From contig JBBSXN010000003.1 in assembly GCA_038045765.1 (NCBI GenBank), positions 6,497 to 70,496 on the forward strand: a stretch of DNA of 64,000 bases, given 5' to 3'. The DNA is from Nanobdellota archaeon (lineage in GTDB: Archaea > Nanobdellota > Nanobdellia > Pacearchaeales > GW2011-AR1). Below, one piece after another: positions 1 to 7,601 of the stretch (the stretch's first letter is position 1; each line of letters opens with the position of its first letter). The position numbers and the translations under genes are program-made. The notes beneath the pieces are model-generated. The model saw nothing but the letters and a program-made list of their open reading frames with translations. It had not been told where the DNA came from and made no database searches.

Positions 1-1
1 A

Positions 2-1528
2 CTGGGTAATTACAATTTTGCTTCCACTAATATGGGTGATATTACTATTACAAATGCTCCTCTTGTTTTGACTGCTGATGATAAGAGTAAAGTGTATGGA
101 GATGTAACTCCTCCTCTTACTGGAGGAATATCTGGATTAAAGAATAATGATAATATTGTTCCAGTCTTTAGTACAACTGCTTTACAAAGCAGTCAGATTG
201 GAGAGTTTCCAATAAATGTTGGAATTAGTGATCCTGACAATAGGGCTGGAAATTATAATATTTTAACTAATAATAGCAAATTGACAGTTGGAAAAGCTGG
301 TTTGAATGTTAGTTCAGATAATAAGAATATGATTTATGGAGGAAGTGTTCCTGCTTTGACTGGAAATGCTGTTGGTTTGAAGAATGGTGGTGATGGAATT
401 AGTCTTGGCTATAATACTTTAGCAAGTCCGTTAGTAAATGCTGGAGATTATCCTGTTGGAATAAGTGTAAATGATCCAAGTAATAGATTATCAAATTACC
501 TTGTTTCTACTAATTTAGGAAATGTTCATGTAGGTAAAGCCCCATTACTTGTTAAAGGAAAAGATGTTTCTAGATTGTATGGCGATGCTAACCCTCCTTT
601 GGAAGTATTAGTTACTGGAGGAGTTAATGGAAATAATTTTGTAACTGATGCAACTACTACTGCAACAGTTGGAAGTGGAATTGGGGAGTTTGCAGTTAAA
701 CCAAGTATTTCAGGTTCAAATACAAATAATTATGCTATAACTCTTGAAGATGGAAAGATGACTGTAAATAAAGCTCCTTTGCCTGTAACTGTTGGAAGTG
801 GAAGTCACGTATATGGTAGTTTCCCACAGACAGTTAGTGCTAGTGCATCTGGTGCTAGAAATGGCGATGTGATTGTCGTAAATCCAATTAATCCCGCAAC
901 ACAGATAAGTAATGTTGGAAGTTATACAACATCAGCTACAGTATCTGGAGATAAGATTACTAACTATGCTCCAACTATAACTGTTGGAAATTATCTTGTT
1001 AATCCTGCTGATTTAAATGTTAGAGCAGAGGATAAATTAAAGAGAAGCAATGATGATAATCCTGCTTTGACATTTAATGCTACTGGATTTAAGCTTGGTG
1101 AAGGCACTAACGTGTTTAGTGTTCCGCCTTCTTTGTTTACAACTGCAACAAATGGAAGTCCTGCTGGAGATTATGCTATAAATATTTCAGGTGGAAATGC
1201 TCCAAACTATAGTTTGAATTATTCAAATGGAAATATGAAAGTATTGAATAACATAGTGCAACCTTCATTTACTGGAATTAGTGCTAGTAATGGTCTTGTT
1301 AATCTGCTTGGAAATGCATTTATTGATAATCCAAATGGAATGTTAGTAACTCCTATGTATTCAACTAATCTTAATTCAACTAATTGGTTGCCTAGTGGAG
1401 TTACTAATATAGTTTATCCTAATGTTGTTAATGGAACTAATAACTCACAATCATTTAATATAGGCCTTACAAATCAGAATAGTCCTGATAGGTTCTATAA
1501 GTTACAAATTCTAGATAAGAAGAATTAA
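2..1528 (+). CDS. Surface protein, C-terminal part (5' end outside window), about five tandem MBG-like repeats
   Basis: Frame is open from base 2 (LGNYNFASTN precedes the listed Met). About 85-aa repeats with recurring K.YG...P.LTG...GL.N.D ... G.Y.I ... NY ... G.L.V.KA pattern typical of MBG-type adhesin repeats. N/T/S-rich tail. Confidence 0.6.
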   Translation: MGNYNFASTNMGDITITNAPLVLTADDKSKVYGDVTPPLTGGISGLKNNDNIVPVFSTTALQSSQIGEFPINVGISDPDNRAGNYNILTNNSKLTVGKAGLNVSSDNKNMIYGGSVPALTGNAVGLKNGGDGISLGYNTLASPLVNAGDYPVGISVNDPSNRLSNYLVSTNLGNVHVGKAPLLVKGKDVSRLYGDANPPLEVLVTGGVNGNNFVTDATTTATVGSGIGEFAVKPSISGSNTNNYAITLEDGKMTVNKAPLPVTVGSGSHVYGSFPQTVSASASGARNGDVIVVNPINPATQISNVGSYTTSATVSGDKITNYAPTITVGNYLVNPADLNVRAEDKLKRSNDDNPALTFNATGFKLGEGTNVFSVPPSLFTTATNGSPAGDYAINISGGNAPNYSLNYSNGNMKVLNNIVQPSFTGISASNGLVNLLGNAFIDNPNGMLVTPMYSTNLNSTNWLPSGVTNIVYPNVVNGTNNSQSFNIGLTNQNSPDRFYKLQILDKKN

Positions 1529-1572
1529 CGTCAAATATTTAAAGCTCTTTTTACTCTTTATATTGTATAAAG

Positions 1573-2763
1573 ATGGTGAATATTGTTAATTATAGATTGG
1601 TAGTTTTATCTATGTTATTTGTTTTACTTTTAGGTTTTGCAAGTGCTGAGCTAAATTTAAAAATAACTGCTAATTTAAATGGGTTGTCTTCTGATTTTAA
1701 TGCAGTAACTGATCCTTTTGCAGATAATGGCTTTGATGGCTCTGATGTTCCTTTTATAACTCCTCCTAGTAATTATATTTCTCTTTATTCTAATATTCCT
1801 ACTCAGAATAATGTGAATAAGTTAGTTTTAGATGCTTGGAATCAGAGCGCTAATCCTAGGACTTTGAATTTGACTCTTTTTACATCTACTGCTCAGATGG
1901 GGCAGTTGGATTTGATTTGGACTGGAGCTAGTAATTATAGTGTTGTTTTGAATGATTATGCAGGAGATTCTCTTAGAAGAGTTCCTATCACTGATGGTTC
2001 TAAGACATTATCTGCAGGAACTGGGAGTGGGACTTATTCAGTTAATCTTCTTTCAACTATTACTACTAGATATTATTCTTTAGTTGTAACTAATACTACT
2101 AGCTCTACTACAGATACAACTCCTCCTGGACCGGTTACAAATTTAGTTTATCAGTATAAGACTAAAAATAATATACAATGGATATGGACTAATCCTAGTG
2201 ATACTGATATCGGTTCTGATGTCGCGATAGTTTATGCAGATGGAGTTAATGTTATAAATACTTCAAGTGGAAAATATAATGCTACTGGATTGGTTGCTAA
2301 TACTACTCATTTTATAAGAATTAACACTAAAGATACTGCAGGAAATGTTAATTTTCTTAATGTTACAAGTAATACTACTACTACAACTACTAGTGATCCA
2401 AGGCGTCCTCCTAATCCTCCGTTAGGTCCTGGTGCAGGAACTGGAACTCCGTTAGGTCCTGGTGCAGGAACTGGAACAATTGCTAATACTGGTTCAAGTG
2501 GCCTCGGAGGTATTCCTGGAGAGGAAATTCCCCTAGCAGGAAATGGAACTGCAACCGATAAATTAATTCAAAAAACTAAAGACAGTTTGTTAGACTTTTT
2601 ATCTAAGAAAGCTAATGTATACATATTATTTGGAATAATATTTATTCTTTTGATTGTATGGGTTGTTGGGATGATTATTAGAAATAGGAATGCTAATAGT
2701 TCTAAACATGTATCTCATAAGATTGCTAAGAATTTATCTAAAAATTCCAAGAAGAAAAAATAA
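1573..2763 (+). CDS. Secreted, C-terminally membrane-anchored surface protein with FN3-like module
   Basis: N-terminal hydrophobic signal (LVVLSMLFVLLLGFASA). Module TTPPGPVTNL..IQWIWTNPSDTD..YNATGLVANTTHFIRINTKDTAGNVN. PLGPGAGTGT twice. C-terminal TM helix (VYILFGIIFILLIVWVVGMII) plus Lys-rich tail. Confidence 0.65.
   Translation: MVNIVNYRLVVLSMLFVLLLGFASAELNLKITANLNGLSSDFNAVTDPFADNGFDGSDVPFITPPSNYISLYSNIPTQNNVNKLVLDAWNQSANPRTLNLTLFTSTAQMGQLDLIWTGASNYSVVLNDYAGDSLRRVPITDGSKTLSAGTGSGTYSVNLLSTITTRYYSLVVTNTTSSTTDTTPPGPVTNLVYQYKTKNNIQWIWTNPSDTDIGSDVAIVYADGVNVINTSSGKYNATGLVANTTHFIRINTKDTAGNVNFLNVTSNTTTTTTSDPRRPPNPPLGPGAGTGTPLGPGAGTGTIANTGSSGLGGIPGEEIPLAGNGTATDKLIQKTKDSLLDFLSKKANVYILFGIIFILLIVWVVGMIIRNRNANSSKHVSHKIAKNLSKNSKKKK
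2419..2478 (+). repeat. 30-bp tandem duplication (2 copies, 29/30 identical) inside the surface-protein gene
   Basis: ccgttaggtcctggtgcaggaactggaact followed directly by ccgttaggtcctggtgcaggaactggaaca; encodes PLGPGAGTGT x2. Confidence 0.95.
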
Positions 2764-3408
2764 TTAGATATCTCTTCTTTTTTCTATTATAAATCTTGTT
2801 CCTACAAATTCAGATATTGCAGCAGTTATTATTACATTTCCTAATAACGCTTTGAATAGACCAGACATTAAAGGTATTCTTGTTTCATTAGATATCTGTT
2901 CCATTATTAAGTCTATTTCTTCTTTTGTTAGAGTGGTATTAGTTACTTGAATTATTCCACCTTTTAACACAAGAAGAGGTCTTCCAGGACCTTTACATTC
3001 TATACTTTGAACTAATCTATCTTTTAGAAATGGAGCTATTTTATTTAGTGAGGGTTGACTTTGAAGTGAATCATTTTGATTTACACTAGGAGAAAGTTGA
3101 TTTAATAAAGGATTTACTTGCATTTTTATAGGATTTATATTATTTGGGCTAATTTGTCTTACTGGATTTATAAGTAGGGGCTTCGGAAGCATCAATCTTT
3201 GTTTTTGAGATAATTGGTTAGGGATAATAACTTTCTTTTTTAATATATAGTCTCTATCTATATCAGATGTTAAGCTATCTATTTCGTGTTTTTTTATTTC
3301 TCTCATTTCAAGAGAAATTGAAAGCTCTTTTACTGCTACTAGATGATTTATAATTTTTCTAGTAAAGTCATCTATGAATCTTGTTCCTACATCTAGTTCT
3401 CTAGCCAT
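2764..3408 (-). CDS. Stand-alone homologue of the N-terminal domain of FlaI/GspE/VirB11-type secretion ATPases, lacking an ATPase domain
   Basis: C-terminal half (LNKIAPFLKDRLVQSIECKGPGRPLLVLKGG..VTNTTLTKEEIDLIMEQIS..FKALLGN..ITAAISEFVGTRFIIEKRR) parallels the segment just before Walker A in archaeal FlaI as I recall it (..ISC.G...P.FV....TN....E.D......A.LPDGSR....V..G..FTIRKF). The ORF stops immediately afterwards, abutting the convergent gene at 2763/2764. Confidence 0.4.
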   Translation of the reverse strand: MARELDVGTRFIDDFTRKIINHLVAVKELSISLEMREIKKHEIDSLTSDIDRDYILKKKVIIPNQLSQKQRLMLPKPLLINPVRQISPNNINPIKMQVNPLLNQLSPSVNQNDSLQSQPSLNKIAPFLKDRLVQSIECKGPGRPLLVLKGGIIQVTNTTLTKEEIDLIMEQISNETRIPLMSGLFKALLGNVIITAAISEFVGTRFIIEKRRDI

Positions 3409-3825
3409 TTAGAATTTAGGAAGAGGTTTATTTGTGTACGAAGGAGAGTAACCTTCATTTTCGTCTTTTTCAATTGGAGGAGAGTTTTGCATAGTTACTG
3501 TTCCAGGACCATATATTTTTTGTCTTGTTCTATCTTCTATAAGTGTTAGACCTTTAGCTAATGTTTTATTCTGTTCAAGGAGTTTATCCATCTTCTCAAG
3601 GAATTCATTATCTTTTTCAGTTATTTTACTTCCAGGATTTTCAGCATAGCTCTTTGCTGCTGATTCAAATAAACTTAAAAGAGATGAGAGTTGGTTTGAA
3701 ATTTTGTCAAATTTTTCAAGAAGATTTGTATGCACTCTTTGAAGTTCAATTAAATTTTGAATAAGGGTTTCTTGTATTTTTACAGACTCTTTCTTATTAT
3801 TAGAAGGAACACTCTTTTTTTCCAT
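3409..3825 (-). CDS. Hypothetical coiled-coil protein, directly upstream of and contiguous with 2764..3408
   Basis: 138-aa ORF with heptad-like Leu/Glu/Lys-rich sequence. Its stop (3409-3411) abuts the next start codon (3406-3408). Confidence 0.5.
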   Translation of the reverse strand: MEKKSVPSNNKKESVKIQETLIQNLIELQRVHTNLLEKFDKISNQLSSLLSLFESAAKSYAENPGSKITEKDNEFLEKMDKLLEQNKTLAKGLTLIEDRTRQKIYGPGTVTMQNSPPIEKDENEGYSPSYTNKPLPKF

Positions 3826-3916
3826 GATTTATAGAGGGAAAAATTATTTATAAATGTTACCGATTACTGGTTTGAAGTAGTAAAGCTTAAAACTCTCTGT
3901 TTTATGTAATAATTAA

Positions 3917-3988
3917 GGATCCGTAGTATAATGGTTAATATGTCCGCCTCCAGAGCGGACGATGGGGGTTCAATTCCCTCCGGGTCCA
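3917..3988 (+). tRNA. tRNA-Trp (anticodon CCA)
   Basis: 72-nt cloverleaf. Acceptor GGATCCG/CGGGTCC, D stem GTAT/ATAT, anticodon stem TCCGC/GCGGA with loop CT-CCA-GA, T arm GGGGG-TTCAATT-CCCTC, discriminator A. No intron, no encoded CCA. Confidence 0.9.
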
Positions 3989-4049
3989 TTCTTTGTGTCT
4001 TTTTAATTAAAAAAATAAAATAAAAAATAAAAATAAAAGAGATTACTTT

Positions 4050-4382
4050 TTATGTGCTAGCTATACTGAAAACGTTTTTTATAGCCACAATAATTGTTGC
4101 TGGGACGAATATTGCTAATAGAGCTGAAAGAACTCCGTTGACGTAAGGTAAATTGCTCATTATGCTTTGGCCGAAATAGCTCGCAATAATGAGAACTGCT
4201 CCAGACATAAGGAATGAACTACCTTCTCTACTCCCTACATTCAAAAAACCTATAATCAATCCTATTACAACTAAAACTGTCAGAACTCCAGTTGTAACGC
4301 CTACAAGGCCAAATACTATTGCTAGGATGACTCCTATTAAAAATGCCCAACTTCCAATTAAACTTCCTGTGTTTTTTGCCAT
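4050..4382 (-). CDS. Small integral membrane protein (about 3-4 TM helices)
   Basis: 110 aa, almost entirely hydrophobic segments (WAFLIGVILAIVFGLVGV, LTVLVVIGLIIGFL, GAVLIIASYF, ALLAIFVPATIIVAI). Confidence 0.6.
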   Translation of the reverse strand: MAKNTGSLIGSWAFLIGVILAIVFGLVGVTTGVLTVLVVIGLIIGFLNVGSREGSSFLMSGAVLIIASYFGQSIMSNLPYVNGVLSALLAIFVPATIIVAIKNVFSIAST

Positions 4383-4509
4383 GGTGATTCCTCCCTTGCA
4401 ATATTTTAAGGCATATTTGATTTAAATACACGAGGTGTATTATGGAAGACAACAATATTATTTTTATTACTATAGTAAACTTTAAAAGATGTTTTTTTGA
4501 TTGTTCTTT

Positions 4510-5118
4510 ATGGCTAAGTTAGATAGAGATTTTGAAATAGGTTATGCTAGAGAGACTTCTAAAATATTACCTATTTTAGCCGAGACTTTTAGAGAGTTAG
4601 GTTTTGCAGATAATTTTAGAACATTAACTAATAGGAAGAATGTCACTTTCTTTAGAGATAATGAGTTAAGTGTAGTAAGTAATTTAAGATATGATCAGAT
4701 ATATTCTGAACATAATAATGATAATCCTATTGCTTCAAATGCTTATTGTATTTTTCCAGAGCATAACTTTGGGACAGGTCTAGCTTTTGTTAGAACAGGA
4801 TTAATTCATAGCGTTTTAGTTTCTGCTTTGCATGAGTTTGGGCATTTATTGGGTAAACCTTTAGATGAATTTTCAAATGAAGAAGCTAAGGCTTATGCTT
4901 TTTCTAGGGCGGGAGCAAATATAATCGCTTCTGGTAATATTGAAGGTTTAGGCAGACGTGTCTTGGAAGCTGTTAATATTAGGCCTTCAGAGAAAGAATA
5001 TCCAGATCACCATATGGCTCATGGGTTTGTTGCTAATTTAGTTGAACAAGGAATGAACCCTATGGAATTATATGAGATGTTATGTAAAAAAAGCATTTGT
5101 GTTAGTGATTCTTTTTGA
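4510..5118 (+). CDS. Putative Zn metallopeptidase (HExxH), tentatively ImmA/IrrE-like
   Basis: SALHEFGHLLG followed by NEEAKAYAFSRA resembles the HE.GH ... E.EAN.FA signature of ImmA/IrrE (COG2856). Start moved from TTG 4501 to ATG 4510, which lies 29 nt after the TATA-like box TTTAAAAG at 4481. Confidence 0.4.
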   Translation: MAKLDRDFEIGYARETSKILPILAETFRELGFADNFRTLTNRKNVTFFRDNELSVVSNLRYDQIYSEHNNDNPIASNAYCIFPEHNFGTGLAFVRTGLIHSVLVSALHEFGHLLGKPLDEFSNEEAKAYAFSRAGANIIASGNIEGLGRRVLEAVNIRPSEKEYPDHHMAHGFVANLVEQGMNPMELYEMLCKKSICVSDSF

Positions 5119-5157
5119 AAATATAATTACCATTAGCTTTTTTATATTAGATTAAGT

Positions 5158-5199
5158 GTCGGCGCGCTGTCTACTAAAAGGGTAAAGAGCTGCGCCGAC
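5158..5199. other. GC-rich hairpin between convergent genes
   Basis: gtcggcgc(gct)...(agc)t-gcgccgac: 8-bp all-Watson-Crick stem plus a 3-bp extension and a 19-nt A-rich loop, in otherwise AT-rich spacer. Confidence 0.6.
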
Positions 5200-5251
5200 T
5201 GTGAATTGTATTGATTTCATATAAATCTGTTTTATTCTTGTTTTTTAAATG

Positions 5252-5932
5252 TTACCCTAAACGCTTAAGTTCTTTTATTTCTTCCCAGGTAATTGAAGAA
5301 CCTTTGAATTTTGTAGCATATAGTGCTGCTTCTAATGCTCTAGGACTTTTAATTTGAAGAAGGTTTTTCTTAAAAGCTACATAGACAAGCTCTGAAGAAC
5401 GTATGAACTTGTATTTTGAAAATATTTTAAAGTCTTTTTCAACTAACTTTGCAGGTGTATGAAGTTTTCTTGATATTAATTCTTCTAAAGCTCTTGGTTC
5501 TTCTGCTAGAAGACGAGTTGTTCTTTCATCTATTGCTATTATTGGTTCTATTCCTCTTCTCTCGCATTCATCATATAGTGCCAAGCAAGTTATTTCCGCT
5601 TCGCTTACTATGTCGAGCCAACGACCATTTGCTTGAAGATAGTGGTTTGCTTGATCTAAAAGAACTTTTGCTTCTTCTTCTATTATCTTTTCAGGAATTT
5701 CAAATGCTTCTGGCATTTCTAATACTCCAGATTCAATTAGTTCTTGAATTCTAAGAGCTTCAAGTTCAAATCTCTGAATATTTATTGGTTTGTCTACAGT
5801 TTCCCATTTTACTTTTTTAGTTATAAGAAATTTACCTGGAAATTTCTTCTTTAGTTCTGGCAAAATGTAAAGAAGGCCATTCATTGCTAAATTTATTAGA
5901 GTTCCGGAGTCAAATATAAGTGCTTTAGTCAT
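5252..5932 (-). CDS. PIN-like nuclease domain protein (putative toxin partner)
   Basis: Acidic residues in PIN-like positions (ALIFDSGTLINL; VSEAEITCLAL; IIAIDERTTRLL). Overlaps the upstream HTH gene by 4 nt. Confidence 0.45.
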   Translation of the reverse strand: MTKALIFDSGTLINLAMNGLLYILPELKKKFPGKFLITKKVKWETVDKPINIQRFELEALRIQELIESGVLEMPEAFEIPEKIIEEEAKVLLDQANHYLQANGRWLDIVSEAEITCLALYDECERRGIEPIIAIDERTTRLLAEEPRALEELISRKLHTPAKLVEKDFKIFSKYKFIRSSELVYVAFKKNLLQIKSPRALEAALYATKFKGSSITWEEIKELKRLG

Positions 5933-6525
5933 GAGAAGAACTCCAAGGCCATTTTTGCTCTTTGTTTTGCTGATAGTGCTGTTGCTTTGTATTCATCTGG
6001 TCTTGATTGGCCTGCAAATTCAGATAATTCCCACTGAGTTAAACCAAGTAGTTTAGCTGTTTGTCCAAGTGAAATGCCGTGCTCATACATCTTACTAGCT
6101 CTATTAATGCTTGATTTCCTAAGAGTTTCCTCAAGATAATGTTTAAGATTTGGAGAGGCAGATAGAATTGCTTGTCTTGCTCTTATTACATGTGATTCAA
6201 ATGCTTCTAAGTTGTCTTCTTCTGCAGCTTTTATTGCTAAATCTAATGCTGAATTGAATTTCTGTACAAAACCTTGCCAGTTTTTTATTCTTTTATAGTC
6301 TGATCTTTCTATTAATTTGCTTAATGCATATGAAATTATTCCTATTGCTGTGCTGCCTGAATCTTGATTGCATGCTGCACAGTGAATTGTCTGGTTCGAT
6401 AAATCTTTTAATTTTATTGCATCTTCTTTCTTCAATGAGTCTTTTATATCTTTTAGGACAGTAATTATATGTTCTCTATCTAATATTTTCTCTTTTTTAG
6501 AAACTTCAAAACTAACATCACCCAT
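5929..6525 (-). CDS. HTH-domain protein co-transcribed with the PIN-like gene (putative antitoxin/regulator)
   Basis: C-terminal helix-turn-helix-like GISLGQTAKLLGLTQWELSEFAGQS. Start set to Met18 (MGDVSF), which is exactly 29 nt from the minus-strand TATA box at 6554. Confidence 0.45.
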   Translation of the reverse strand: MGDVSFEVSKKEKILDREHIITVLKDIKDSLKKEDAIKLKDLSNQTIHCAACNQDSGSTAIGIISYALSKLIERSDYKRIKNWQGFVQKFNSALDLAIKAAEEDNLEAFESHVIRARQAILSASPNLKHYLEETLRKSSINRASKMYEHGISLGQTAKLLGLTQWELSEFAGQSRPDEYKATALSAKQRAKMALEFFS

Positions 6526-6546
6526 ATATAGTATAATCTGAATTAT

Positions 6547-6554
6547 TATATAAA
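6547..6554 (-). promoter_or_regulatory. TATA box (TTTATATA on minus strand), 29 nt before ATG 6525
   Basis: Matches the window-wide TATA-to-ATG spacing rule. Confidence 0.6.
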
Positions 6555-6586
6555 TGCTTGTTTGGTAAATTGACAAAATCTAAACA

Positions 6587-6594
6587 TTTAAATA
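6587..6594 (+). promoter_or_regulatory. TATA box TTTAAATA, 29 nt before ATG 6616
   Basis: Exact consensus box and spacing. Confidence 0.65.
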
Positions 6595-6615
6595 TAAGTA
6601 AGACTAATCTTATTT

Positions 6616-6834
6616 ATGCAAATAGATACGACAAAGATGAGTTCAAGAGGACAAATAGTCATACCTCTGGAAATGAGAAAAGATATTAATGAAGGAGATA
6701 AATTAATTGTAATTAGAAATGGTAACGATATTATAATAAAAAAATCTATACCTGAAAGCGCTTTATTATCTTCTAAATCTCTAGGAAAAACTTGGTTTAA
6801 CAAAAGAGAGGATGAAGCTTGGAAGGACTTGTAA
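6616..6834 (+). CDS. AbrB/SpoVT (MazE-like) antitoxin
   Basis: SSRGQIVIPLEMRKDINEGDKLIV is the swapped-hairpin AbrB/SpoVT signature. 72 aa; overlaps the toxin gene by 16 nt. Confidence 0.75.
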   Translation: MQIDTTKMSSRGQIVIPLEMRKDINEGDKLIVIRNGNDIIIKKSIPESALLSSKSLGKTWFNKREDEAWKDL

Positions 6835-7151
6835 GAGGAGATATTATTGTTATTGACTTTCCATATTCTGATTTAAGTGTTTGGAAAAGGAGACCTGTAT
6901 TTGTTGTTAAAGTTCCCAAAGGTGGAGATATTCTTGTCTGTCAAATCACCTCAGAATCTTATGAAGATTCTGTAGAAATAATTATTAGGAAAGAAGATTT
7001 TAATAATGGAAGTTTAAAAGTTGAGAGCTATCTTAGAATGGATAAGATATTCTCTGTAGAGAAATCACTTATAAAATATAAAATCGGATCTTTAAAGAAA
7101 GAAAAAATAAATTTTATTATCGATTCTGTTTGCTCTTTTCTGAAAAGTTAG
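6819..7151 (+). CDS. MazF/PemK-family toxin (mRNA interferase)
   Basis: RGDIIVIDFPYSD....KRRPVFVV......ILVCQITS pattern typical of PemK/MazF; 110 aa. Confidence 0.7.
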   Translation: MEGLVRGDIIVIDFPYSDLSVWKRRPVFVVKVPKGGDILVCQITSESYEDSVEIIIRKEDFNNGSLKVESYLRMDKIFSVEKSLIKYKIGSLKKEKINFIIDSVCSFLKS

Positions 7152-7194
7152 TATTTTTCAAAACATTAATATACTAGTTATGCTTTAATATTAT

Positions 7195-7560
7195 ATGGAA
7201 GCAATTTTAGATACTAATTTCATCGTTTCTTGTATGAAGAATGGAATAGACTTCTTTTCTCATTTGGAAGAAGCCGGTTTCAAAGTGGCTATTCCTAAAG
7301 AAATTGTTGAAGAGTTGAAGGATTTAAGGCATAAAGTTAAGCATGATGATGGAATTGCAGTAGATTTGGCTTTAGCTTTGCTTGAAAAGAGAGATTTTAA
7401 GAGAATAAATCTTGGAAAGGGGAAAGTTGACGATAGGCTTATACATTTAGGTAAACAAGGAGCATATATTGCGACATTAGATTCTTATATAAAAAGAAGT
7501 GTACCTAATACAGTTATAATTGATAGTAGGAAGAATGGTATTTTGATTGAGAGAAAATAG
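7195..7560 (+). CDS. PIN-domain ribonuclease, Fcf1/Utp24-like
   Basis: ILDTNFIV..., P.EIVEELKDL, DDRLIHLG, AYIATLDSYIKR match the Fcf1-type PIN pattern. TATA-like TTAATATA at 7166, 29 nt upstream. Confidence 0.6.
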   Translation: MEAILDTNFIVSCMKNGIDFFSHLEEAGFKVAIPKEIVEELKDLRHKVKHDDGIAVDLALALLEKRDFKRINLGKGKVDDRLIHLGKQGAYIATLDSYIKRSVPNTVIIDSRKNGILIERK

Positions 7561-7601
7561 TTATAGGAAGAATTTTTAAATTACCTTTTTTAAAAGAGTG
7601 A

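Noticed and set aside
3561-3764. Numerous 60-180 aa ORFs in the track that lie antisense to or nested in longer genes. Examples: 3561..3764, 4189..4425, 4228..4455, 5449..5754, 6588..6803, 10599..10847, 12959..13288, 15000..15344, 16794..17132, 17511..17813, 22893..23159, 24594..24884, 27272..27484, 37488..37911, 38116..38611, 41882..43442, 44644..45027, 45168..45455, 52988..53521, 55541..56010, 57844..58167, 60497..60787, 63095..63634.
   Set aside because: Each is fully covered by a longer ORF on the other strand or frame that has clear family motifs. Their products are low-complexity (Leu/Phe/Ile/Ser-rich), as expected from AT-rich antisense frames. None has a TATA box at the standard 29-nt distance.
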